Virus record (IMG/VR): IMGVR_UViG_3300020045_006781
Coordinates: 1 to 33,949 of that record
DNA length: 33,949 nucleotides
Source of the DNA: a virus
Lineage: Duplodnaviria > Caudoviricetes
Reading direction: 5' to 3' (one strand)
Shown here: in pieces, positions 1 to 8,554 of the stretch
How positions within the stretch are numbered: the first letter of the stretch is position 1
Layout of the letters: each line of letters begins with the position of its first letter
Program-made: the position numbers and the translations under genes
The notes under the pieces: model-generated
What the model saw: only the letters and a program-made list of their open reading frames with translations
Told to the model about the DNA's origin: nothing
Databases searched by the model: none

Positions 1-34
1 TCTTGGGTCAAAACGGGTAATATTCGCTCCTACA

Positions 35-1105
35 ATGCCGAAGAAGATCAGATTATACGGTTCTATTTATCAGTACAGCGCTGAATATTTCATGCAGCAG
101 ATGGATGAGGTTCAGGAAGAATCTGATGTAGATCCGATCATTGATGCAAATTGCAGTGGAGGTTCTCCTGATTATGGAATGTCTGTAATTCAGAGAGCAC
201 AGCAGGCAAATGCTTTCTTGGAAGTCGGTGCCCAGGCTCATTCAATGGGTCTTTTTATGATGGCTTACCTTCCAAAAGAGAGAGTTACCTGCATTGACAC
301 TACACAGGCTGTACTTCATAGAGCTTCTTACGGAGAGTACATGGAGAGCCGTTCTGATTTCAGAGGTAGCGTTTATGAGACAATCATGAACAATACTAAT
401 AAGGATTTGGAAAAAGCATTTCGTGCACGTGTGGATGTTGAAGCCCTTGAAGCTCTTCCTGCGATGAAGAAAAATAACATCACATTGAATGACATCTTTG
501 CTACTGATAAGAGATTAGAAGTGGTGTTAACAGCAAAGGATCTTAAAAAATTAGGATTGGTTAGTAGGATCATAAAAATCACTCCTGAAAAACAAGCTGA
601 AATGGAAGCGAACTTTAAGGCTTTTTCTAAAGCGTCTTCAGTAGAAGGTTTTAGATTAGCGGCAGAGGTAGCTGATAAATCAGAAAAGCCAGTAATTGAA
701 AAATCACAACCTCAAATAAACAAGATTATGACACTTGCGGAATTAAAAGCGGCTCATCCTGAATTAGCTGCGCAAATCAAGAATGAAGGCACTGCTGAAG
801 GAATTGCTGCTGAAAAAGCTCGAATCGAAGCATGGAATCAGTTTCTTGATATTGATGCTGTAGCTGTAAAAGCGGGTATTGATAGTGGAAAAACCATAGG
901 CATGAACGAAATGGCTGCTTTTGTAAAAAAAGGTATGAATCGTGAGCATTTGGATAAGCTCAATGCTGACGCTGCTCCTGTTGCGGGTGCTGGTGAGACT
1001 CCTACTATTGACACAACCAAAACAGCTGCTCAATTAGCAGATGAAAAGAGAATAGCTGGTATTGAAGCTTTGCTTGATGCCGGGTTGGGACTTGCGAAAA
1101 AGTAA
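35..1105 (+). CDS. Clp-type prohead maturation protease with C-terminal scaffold region
   Basis: ClpP-like motifs CSGGS, AHSMG (catalytic Ser) and VLHRA (His). C-terminal MTLAELKAAHPEL scaffold-like segment. Lies upstream of the decoration and capsid genes. Confidence 0.85.
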   Translation: MPKKIRLYGSIYQYSAEYFMQQMDEVQEESDVDPIIDANCSGGSPDYGMSVIQRAQQANAFLEVGAQAHSMGLFMMAYLPKERVTCIDTTQAVLHRASYGEYMESRSDFRGSVYETIMNNTNKDLEKAFRARVDVEALEALPAMKKNNITLNDIFATDKRLEVVLTAKDLKKLGLVSRIIKITPEKQAEMEANFKAFSKASSVEGFRLAAEVADKSEKPVIEKSQPQINKIMTLAELKAAHPELAAQIKNEGTAEGIAAEKARIEAWNQFLDIDAVAVKAGIDSGKTIGMNEMAAFVKKGMNREHLDKLNADAAPVAGAGETPTIDTTKTAAQLADEKRIAGIEALLDAGLGLAKK

Positions 1106-1130
1106 TTTTAAGACCTTTAAATAAAAAATC

Positions 1131-1565
1131 ATGAGTCAATCAATCGTTTATAATAACGGGCAGCAGATGATCATTAACACAGACACCTCAAAGGTGTTCT
1201 TGTGGAATAGACGCAGCCAACCTTGTAACATTATCAACAGCGGTGGCGCTCCTGTAACTTACCTTGAAGGTCAGGTAATGGGACGTATTTCTGCCTCTGG
1301 TAATATCATCCCTTGTGTAGCTGCTGCTGTAGATGGTTCTCAATTCCCTATCGGGGTTTTGATTGATGGACTTACTGTAGCTGCCGGTGCTACTGTTCCT
1401 TGCTTCATCTGTGATGATGGTGATGTAGCTTCTGAATTGTTGATTTTCAACGGTGCGGAGACATTAAGCACTGTGGTATCGGGACGTCAAATGAGAGACT
1501 GGTTGAAATTGGCCGGTATCAAATTGGTTGCCGGTGTTGACTTAACTGGATACGCAAACCAGTAA
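1131..1565 (+). CDS. Head decoration protein (lambda gpD-like)
   Basis: GQVMGRISASG...DGSQFPIGVL pattern; 144 aa, between protease and capsid genes. Confidence 0.85.
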   Translation: MSQSIVYNNGQQMIINTDTSKVFLWNRRSQPCNIINSGGAPVTYLEGQVMGRISASGNIIPCVAAAVDGSQFPIGVLIDGLTVAAGATVPCFICDDGDVASELLIFNGAETLSTVVSGRQMRDWLKLAGIKLVAGVDLTGYANQ

Positions 1566-1595
1566 TAAATTTTTAAAAGCTAAAAACGAAAAACG

Positions 1596-2657
1596 ATGGC
1601 AAATATTTCAACCACGGATGCAAGGGGACTTTACACTAAAAAACTGGTTGCTGTCTGGAAGGACAGAGTTAAACCAAGTAATTTTCTTGAGTTATTTTTC
1701 CCGACTGCACCGTCTGACGTTACAGATTCTTACGAGATATCAGTAGTCGCTCAACGAGTAACTGAAAAGATCGCTACAGATGTGATCCGTGGTACGGATG
1801 GTAATCGTAACAAGTTCGAGAAGAGCACTGAGAAAATTCTTGTTACTCCTTACTACCGCGAATATTTTGATCAGACAAACATGCAGTTGTATGATCGCAC
1901 GTTCCAGGCAAGTGAGGTTACAGATAATCAATTGATCCGACTGATCAATGATACTGCTGATCACGCCTCACAATTGCAGGGTAAAATTGAGCGCAGGCTT
2001 GAACTGCAGAGAGCTCAACTTTTGGATACTGGTATTCTTACCATGACTCAAGGTGCTGGATTTATCAATTTCTTCCGTAAAGCCACATCAATGGTTGATC
2101 TTGGTGCGGGGCAATATTTCGCGAACAACAGTAATGTTTTCACGCAATTAGCTGCGGGTGGAAAATGGCTACGTCAGAATGGTAAAATGTCTGGAAACAG
2201 AATTATTGCCATCTTCGGAGAAACAGCGAAGGCTGACTTTGATGCAAACACAGTGTTTACTTCACGTCAGAATTTGTTCAACATGGCACTTGATTCTATC
2301 GCAGCGCCAAGAACAAATGCTCAGGGTGGAGTGTATCATGGTCTCCTTACAGCTGGCCCATACACTATTGAGGTTTGGACTTATCCAGAATTCTATGACA
2401 ATGCTGGTGGTGTATCAACGCCTTACATTGATCCTAAGAAGGTCATTTTGTTCCCGGCTAACGGAATTCAGGCTAAAACTGTTTACGCAGCTTGCCCTCA
2501 GTTGTTGGAGCCAGGACAAGCCCCTATCAGAGCGAAGTTCTTGCTGAATGAGTTTACTGATGAGAAGAGAAAGACACGCGAATTCCACATTGAATCCGCA
2601 GGGATGCCGATGTTGGTGGGTGAAGATAATATCTACACTATTAAGGCTGTCGCTTAA
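1596..2657 (+). CDS. Major capsid protein (lambda gpE-like, HK97 fold)
   Basis: 353 aa. FLELFFP, IERRLELQRAQLLDTG, YIDPKKVIL and ESAGMP segments resemble the phage capsid E family; synteny agrees. Confidence 0.9.
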   Translation: MANISTTDARGLYTKKLVAVWKDRVKPSNFLELFFPTAPSDVTDSYEISVVAQRVTEKIATDVIRGTDGNRNKFEKSTEKILVTPYYREYFDQTNMQLYDRTFQASEVTDNQLIRLINDTADHASQLQGKIERRLELQRAQLLDTGILTMTQGAGFINFFRKATSMVDLGAGQYFANNSNVFTQLAAGGKWLRQNGKMSGNRIIAIFGETAKADFDANTVFTSRQNLFNMALDSIAAPRTNAQGGVYHGLLTAGPYTIEVWTYPEFYDNAGGVSTPYIDPKKVILFPANGIQAKTVYAACPQLLEPGQAPIRAKFLLNEFTDEKRKTREFHIESAGMPMLVGEDNIYTIKAVA

Positions 2658-2676
2658 AGCTTAAATAGTTACCATT

Positions 2677-3261
2677 ATGAAATATTTAGTACTTGCCCCC
2701 ATAGGGGGAACGCGCAGATTTCCTCATGATATGGGTGAGGTAGTAAGCGAAATAGACTTGGTGATCAAGGCTGAAAAATTGATCGAGGATGGATTTATTA
2801 AGGAAATTTCTGACGAAGAAGCTGAAGAAATTATTGCCAAGCAAAAGGCAAAGGCTGAAGAAGAGGGAGTTCCTTTTGAAAAGATAAACCCATCGGCCAT
2901 CCCGGGTGATCAATTTGCTGTCAACACAGAGCTCCTATCAAAGGAAAAGAAGGAGAAGGAGTTGAACTTCGAGCCTGATTTAACTGAAGCTGAAAAAGCG
3001 GAAATGTTGAAGTTGAAAGAAGCTGAACTGTCTGCTTTGAAAAGTAAGGAGGAGGAATTGGCTGCGCAAGAAGCTGCTAAAGTAGAAGCTGAAAAAGCGG
3101 AAATGTTGAAAGCAGAGCCGGCTGATGAGGTTGATTCTGAGGATGGAATTGAAGGAGTTAGTAAGAGTCAGATTGTTGCTGCTCTTACTAAAGCAGGAGT
3201 TGCCTTCGACAAGAAGGCTTCGAAGACCGATCTTTATGAGAAGTTTAAAATGCTTTCATAG
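2677..3261 (+). CDS. Acidic head-associated/packaging accessory protein with C-terminal HeH/LEM-like motif
   Basis: Follows the capsid gene; E/K/A-rich; ends SKSQIVAALTKAGVAFDKKASKTDLYE. Confidence 0.6.
   Translation: MKYLVLAPIGGTRRFPHDMGEVVSEIDLVIKAEKLIEDGFIKEISDEEAEEIIAKQKAKAEEEGVPFEKINPSAIPGDQFAVNTELLSKEKKEKELNFEPDLTEAEKAEMLKLKEAELSALKSKEEELAAQEAAKVEAEKAEMLKAEPADEVDSEDGIEGVSKSQIVAALTKAGVAFDKKASKTDLYEKFKMLS
2986..3110 (+). repeat. 26-bp exact direct repeat inside CDS (EAEKAEMLK twice)
   Basis: GAAGCTGAAAAAGCGGAAATGTTGAA at 2986-3011 and 3085-3110. Confidence 0.9.
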
Positions 3262-3300
3262 GTATATTTTGGTTTAGGTGGGTAATTGGGATTTAAAACG

Positions 3301-3334
3301 GCCCTTGGACTGGTAACCCAAGGGCTTATTTTTT
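3301..3334 (+). terminator. Intrinsic terminator/hairpin after the capsid cluster
   Basis: GCCCTTGG-actggtaac-CCAAGGGC followed by TTATTTTTT. Confidence 0.7.
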
Positions 3335-3345
3335 ACCATACTTTT

Positions 3346-3735
3346 ATGAATATGTTTGAAAGAGCTCAGCGGGATATAAGAAGGTTCACCACTGATGTTC
3401 AGGGATGGACCAGGGCTATCACGTTGATATCCAGAGAGGCTTCTATTCAATTCGTTGGAATCGGTATCCACACAGTTCATCACCTGTCGGTAGATGCGTC
3501 CTATCAGAAGTTTGTTAACTTTAAGAATGGGCATATCGCTATCAACGAGGATGAATTAGTACTGCAAGGATATCCGGTTCGTAATGCTGCCGGGTTAGTT
3601 GATATGGTAGGAGATACCGTTCGTGTTGTAGATAGCACTGGAGTGGTGAAGGAGTACAGGGTTCAGCAGTCATTCCCTGATGAAACTATTGCTTTAATTG
3701 TGATTATTTTGGAAGATAAAGAGCCAACGGCATGA
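3346..3735 (+). CDS. Head-tail joining/closure protein (putative)
   Basis: Size and synteny; beta-rich, ends FPDETIALIVIILED. Start moved from TTG 3286 to ATG 3346, downstream of the hairpin. Confidence 0.6.
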   Translation: MNMFERAQRDIRRFTTDVQGWTRAITLISREASIQFVGIGIHTVHHLSVDASYQKFVNFKNGHIAINEDELVLQGYPVRNAAGLVDMVGDTVRVVDSTGVVKEYRVQQSFPDETIALIVIILEDKEPTA

Positions 3736-4343
3736 GTTTGATAAATGAAATTATACCGCCATCTGCTGTTGAGCTTGTTGTTGATCGCATTGGTGAGATT
3801 ATTGTTGAGGAATTGGCAAATCAAAAAGTGCTTACATCAGAACAGATTTTTGATGCAGTTACTTACAAAGAGCGCGTTACGCCTTACCAGCCGGAAGAGG
3901 GGCCGACACTTAATATTTTCTTTGAGAGAGGAGAGTATAGCCAGCAGCACCAAGGGCAGACGAATGCAGAGTACCGAATAATTATTGAAGGATTTGCTAA
4001 TGCGAAGGCCACTGGGTCAACCAAGTTAACGAGAGCGGATGTATTGTCGATGGCGAAATTGAAGCGGTTGTTATTGGTATGCCGGTATATTTTAGAAGAT
4101 CCTAAATATAAGTTTCTTGGGTTTGCGCCAGGATTCATCATGTGGCGGCATGTGGAGAATATATGGTTTCAGCCGGAAACGAAGCAGGATGCGGATACAT
4201 CAAGGCTTGGAAGATTAACCTTTGTGGTTAAGGTGTCCGAAGTGAATTCGCTTATTAATCCGGTTATTATTGCTGGAAATAAAACCACAGTAAGGCTTTC
4301 TGAGACTGACCGTGGTTATATTTGGGAGTATGTAGCGCCTTGA
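3732..4343 (+). CDS. Neck/tail-completion (terminator-like) protein, putative
   Basis: ATGA overlap with the previous gene; about 200 aa; position after the head-tail joining gene. Confidence 0.5.
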   Translation: MSLINEIIPPSAVELVVDRIGEIIVEELANQKVLTSEQIFDAVTYKERVTPYQPEEGPTLNIFFERGEYSQQHQGQTNAEYRIIIEGFANAKATGSTKLTRADVLSMAKLKRLLLVCRYILEDPKYKFLGFAPGFIMWRHVENIWFQPETKQDADTSRLGRLTFVVKVSEVNSLINPVIIAGNKTTVRLSETDRGYIWEYVAP

Positions 4344-4368
4344 TTTGAAACTTTTAAACCAAATTTTT

Positions 4369-4833
4369 ATGGAATTATTTCTTTTGTACTTAAAACTATC
4401 CGCAGCTTCTCTTGTTGGAATGTTTTTAATGCTGATTTCGAAGTCTTCAGATATGGAGATTACTGCCAAGAAAGCAAATCTTGAATATGAGGGTTTTGCC
4501 ACTTTCTTAAAGAGAGATTGGAAGGCAGTTACGGTTAATATACTGACTATCGTTGCTACATTTTTGATATTCGGTGGATTGGTAGATGTGGGTGAGCAGA
4601 CGTTTCAGAATAAAACATACACGATACTTACTTTTGATGTCCCTATGGGTATAATCTGGGATGTTTTTATTGCTATTTGTTTTTTTGCCACAGGATACTT
4701 TGGGCAGGATTTTATACTAAGGAAGCTTGTTAAGAGCGTTCAGAATAGACTGCTCAAGGAAGCAATCGATTATAAGACTACGATAGCAGACACAGCAAAT
4801 GGAACTTTAGATAAACCAACTCCAGTAAAATGA
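4369..4833 (+). CDS. Membrane protein (about 3 TM), function unknown
   Basis: Three hydrophobic segments. ATG 4369 preferred over TTG 4345. ATGA/TAA overlap with the next gene. Confidence 0.7.
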   Translation: MELFLLYLKLSAASLVGMFLMLISKSSDMEITAKKANLEYEGFATFLKRDWKAVTVNILTIVATFLIFGGLVDVGEQTFQNKTYTILTFDVPMGIIWDVFIAICFFATGYFGQDFILRKLVKSVQNRLLKEAIDYKTTIADTANGTLDKPTPVK

Positions 4834-6803
4834 AGAGAATAGATGTAATTGTCGGGATTATTTTGGCTGTCTTAGTGACAGCCTTTCCTGTTTTTGGACA
4901 GACCGCTAAAAACGTAACTGATCTCACTACCCAGGTGAATGTGATCAGAAATGAAACGGCACCAGGTGCCAATACTCGCGGAAGAATTGCTGATATGTAT
5001 CAGTCTGTATTTTTGAGTTCTCCGAATGTGTTTGCTTTCTATTCAGATCCATCATGGCTCACTGGTCTTTCTTTAAGTAAAATACTTGGATTCCCTACCC
5101 AGGTTGGGCAGTCAGGTAAATATTTAACCACTGATGGAACAAATTTGAGTTGGTCAAATGTCACATCAGGGGTATCGAGTGTTTCAGGTGCTTTGAATCG
5201 GGTTACATCGACAGGAGGCGCTAACCCGGTGATTGATGTGTCCCCTACATTTGAGGCACTTCTTGGTAAGGTAGCGAGTCCTCTTTCTCAATTTGCATCT
5301 ACTACATCGGCACAATTAAGAGGTGTATTGCCAGACGAACTTGGAACTGGTGCTGCTTTGTTTGATGGAGCTACACCGACATCATTTAATCTTGCCAATG
5401 CTACAGGATTACCTTTACTAACTGGTATATCTGGTTTTGGAGCAGGAGTAGCCGCTGCATTGAGTGTTAATACAACAGGATCTCCCGGCGCTTTCATTAT
5501 TGATAATGGCACTACTGTACAGGCTGGTACTACTTACACAGTACAGAGCACTGATCACGCCTCCACAATTGAGTTTACTAATTCTTCGCCCATAACAGTA
5601 ACATTACCAAATGGATTGCCCGTTCTCTTCAATGTTATTTTAAAGAAAATGGGAACAGGTAGTATTACGGTAACTGCAACCGGAACTCTTGAAGCTCCTG
5701 CAAATACTATCCAGGTGCAATATACAGGAGCGTACTTCCGTCATAAAGGTAGTAACATTTGGGAAGGAATGGGTGCTCTAGGCGCATCCTCTTTAGCTAT
5801 AAACGTAGGAACCACCGTAATATCATCAGGTACAAATGGCCGTATAGCACGTAACAACTCAGGCGTGTATGGGGAGTACGACATATCAGGGAATGGGAGC
5901 AGTGTTGCTATGGCGAATGGCGCATCCCTTACAAATGTTGCGTTAAATACCCCGATTAGCGGGAATGCTTTAAACATTACAAATTTACAAGCATCTGCTT
6001 TGGTCGGCATTACATCTCCTGCTAACGGAGGAACTGGTGTAAATAATGCTTCTAAGACGATAACCTTAGGAGGTAATTTGACAACAATCGGGGCATTTCC
6101 ATTATCCATAACAATTGCAAATAACACCGCATTGACCATTCCTAATGGGATAGTAACTATGGCTACTCAATCAGGTACAGAGACATTCACAAACAAAACG
6201 TTAACATCACCATTGATTAACTTTGGATCTGACGCGAATGGTGATATAATGGTTCGCCAGTCCGGGGCTTATGCAAGATTGCCAATAGGTAGTACTAATC
6301 AGACTATAAGAGTTGTATCAGGAGCAGTAACGTGGGCAAATCCAATGGTATATTCTTTGTTTGACGATTACACAGACGTGTCAAATACATCTACAACTGA
6401 AACAGATTTGTATAGTCATACCATAGCATCAAATACATTAACCGCTAACGGTAATAAGTTAGAAGTTGTATTTTCTGGTAGCTTCGTAACTACATCGTCA
6501 AATGCTTTATCGGTAGGTAATAAAGTGGCCGTGTATTTTGCGGGGACTAAAATATTTGATCCAGGATCAGGTTCATCAGTATCAACTGAGGGAGGATGGC
6601 GAGTAACTGGCACATTGGTAAGATCATCATCATCTGTTATGAGATGTTCCATTGTGTACGTGACAGAAGGTACTTTAATTACAAAAGTGGTAGACGTTTC
6701 TTCGGTTGATTTTACAACGACTAACATTTTAAAAATAACAGGACAGGGGGCAGCGAGTTCATTTATAACCGCTAAAATCGGAAACATAACTTTCAACCAA
6801 TGA
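4830..6803 (+). CDS. Fibre-like protein with N-terminal signal peptide and internal adaptor-like domain
   Basis: G/S/T/N-rich fibre segments (GKYLTTDGTNLSW, TETFTNKTLTSP, GSDANGDI...RLPIG). Starts MKRIDVIVGIILAVLVTAFPVFG-Q. Confidence 0.7.
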   Translation: MKRIDVIVGIILAVLVTAFPVFGQTAKNVTDLTTQVNVIRNETAPGANTRGRIADMYQSVFLSSPNVFAFYSDPSWLTGLSLSKILGFPTQVGQSGKYLTTDGTNLSWSNVTSGVSSVSGALNRVTSTGGANPVIDVSPTFEALLGKVASPLSQFASTTSAQLRGVLPDELGTGAALFDGATPTSFNLANATGLPLLTGISGFGAGVAAALSVNTTGSPGAFIIDNGTTVQAGTTYTVQSTDHASTIEFTNSSPITVTLPNGLPVLFNVILKKMGTGSITVTATGTLEAPANTIQVQYTGAYFRHKGSNIWEGMGALGASSLAINVGTTVISSGTNGRIARNNSGVYGEYDISGNGSSVAMANGASLTNVALNTPISGNALNITNLQASALVGITSPANGGTGVNNASKTITLGGNLTTIGAFPLSITIANNTALTIPNGIVTMATQSGTETFTNKTLTSPLINFGSDANGDIMVRQSGAYARLPIGSTNQTIRVVSGAVTWANPMVYSLFDDYTDVSNTSTTETDLYSHTIASNTLTANGNKLEVVFSGSFVTTSSNALSVGNKVAVYFAGTKIFDPGSGSSVSTEGGWRVTGTLVRSSSSVMRCSIVYVTEGTLITKVVDVSSVDFTTTNILKITGQGAASSFITAKIGNITFNQ

Positions 6804-8554
6804 AAAGGATAATTCTATACTTATTACTTTCAGCATCATTAATTACAACAGCGCAGCCTAATAAAGTAGGCGTCTTGAATTGGTGGGGGTTAGAATCAAA
6901 TTCGTTTAGCCCTTCCGCTGAATCTAACGCGGTGTTCGCTCGGATGAACACGCCTTTGCCATTGAACTTAAAAATACTGATAAATGATTTTGTAAACGCA
7001 GAGGTGGCGGCTGGAAACTGGAATCTGATAATAGATTTCGGCTATCTTGGTTTAGATACTAAACCGAACAGCCTTACTTCATTCAAAGGTGTAGCTACTC
7101 CAGTCGAAAATCTTGCATATTGGCAATCTTATTACGGTTACAGATTTTCAGGTATAGCTAATAATTACATCAACCTTCAGTTCGTACCGTCAACAAATAC
7201 TGATTTTATTATTGATAACTGCGGTATGGGTGCATGGGTAAAGGAAGATCGCTATGTTTCCGCTCAGAAGGCATTGATGGGAGTAACGGAAACTACAGCT
7301 GCAAATCAGGTTTACTTAGCTAATACCGGATCTGCTATTGTCGGTCGGATGAATAACAGTGCTCTATCATCTAATACTGGAGAAGGAAGGTTCGCGCGTG
7401 GTAATTGGTATTCAGTAGATAGACCAAATTCGACACAGATAGCACTATCTAAAGGAAGTAGCAGGACATTATACACTAATGCAGTTGGAGCAGCAAAACC
7501 GAACCAACCGGTATACTTAGGAGCGAGAAGAAACAACACAAGCGCTGACCTTGTTTGGGCCGGTGATGCCTCTGCATGGATGGTTTATCAACCCGTAGGC
7601 TTCAATCTATCAGCTCATGTTAGCGCGATCAGTTCCTTAGAGTCTGGCGTACAAGCGTTGTTTGAAAATCAAGTTCCAAACTATGATGCCTTATTAACAT
7701 CTAGCTCTACATTTTACGTGTTTCTTCGATTAGGTCAGAGCAACACTAATAGTAAAGCAGAGATTGCACGTATGCTGGCGTTAACAGACGCGCAAGTAAT
7801 GTATCAATCATCATACGTGTGGGATAAGGGGTACAACTCTACGAACAATGGATTTTGGAATAAGTCAATAGCAGGTGTAAATCTTCCACCCAACGCTCAA
7901 GCACCAGGGAACACATACGGAGCGCAGGGAGTCATGCGGAAATTTATGTCTGCGGCAGGATTTCCAACCTTCACGATAGACTGCGCATTTGACGGAAGTG
8001 CAGTATTACCAGTGGCAGGCTATTCAGATTGGGCACCTTCTTCAGTTGGCACTACAGCACTCTACCCACTTGCCAGCGCTGGATTCTGGATTCCAGCATT
8101 AAATAATTTACAAGCAACATACCCAACGAAGACAATTAAAGTAGTCATTGAATGGCAGGAGGGAGAGACAGCAGCCACAGACAACACGGCAACGGCTGGC
8201 CATGCGGCAGCATTTGACACATTCGTTACATCGTTACGAGCATCACATTCACTACTTGCTACGTGCCCTCTTGTAATATCAAAAATCTATTACAATCTGA
8301 CGGCTAACGAGACTACAATTAACAATGGGTATGTCACTTACGCTGGTTCGCATTCAAACACATACGTTATTGATCCAGCGGCATCAGTTATAGCTGACGG
8401 TAATCCAGCCAGGAAGAAAGATTTATCTTTGGGGATAAGAACAGCATACCCTCCTACCGTTACACCTTTAGCTGATGATGAGCATGATAATTATTTATTT
8501 CAGTATCGTAAGGCTGAATTGACTTACGGTGTAATGACAAGTATAGGATACTAA
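6800..8554 (+). CDS. Signal-peptide-bearing receptor-binding-like protein with C-terminal SGNH/sialate O-acetylesterase-like domain
   Basis: GQSN, WQEGE and DDEH motifs of SASA/CE6-type SGNH esterases; lectin-like middle region; starts MKRIILYLLLSASLITTA-Q. Confidence 0.7.
   Translation: MKRIILYLLLSASLITTAQPNKVGVLNWWGLESNSFSPSAESNAVFARMNTPLPLNLKILINDFVNAEVAAGNWNLIIDFGYLGLDTKPNSLTSFKGVATPVENLAYWQSYYGYRFSGIANNYINLQFVPSTNTDFIIDNCGMGAWVKEDRYVSAQKALMGVTETTAANQVYLANTGSAIVGRMNNSALSSNTGEGRFARGNWYSVDRPNSTQIALSKGSSRTLYTNAVGAAKPNQPVYLGARRNNTSADLVWAGDASAWMVYQPVGFNLSAHVSAISSLESGVQALFENQVPNYDALLTSSSTFYVFLRLGQSNTNSKAEIARMLALTDAQVMYQSSYVWDKGYNSTNNGFWNKSIAGVNLPPNAQAPGNTYGAQGVMRKFMSAAGFPTFTIDCAFDGSAVLPVAGYSDWAPSSVGTTALYPLASAGFWIPALNNLQATYPTKTIKVVIEWQEGETAATDNTATAGHAAAFDTFVTSLRASHSLLATCPLVISKIYYNLTANETTINNGYVTYAGSHSNTYVIDPAASVIADGNPARKKDLSLGIRTAYPPTVTPLADDEHDNYLFQYRKAELTYGVMTSIGY

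Noticed and set aside
1-34. Late promoter (TAATATTCG) before the protease gene
   Set aside because: Only a weak match to TAnnTTTG, and truncated by the window edge.
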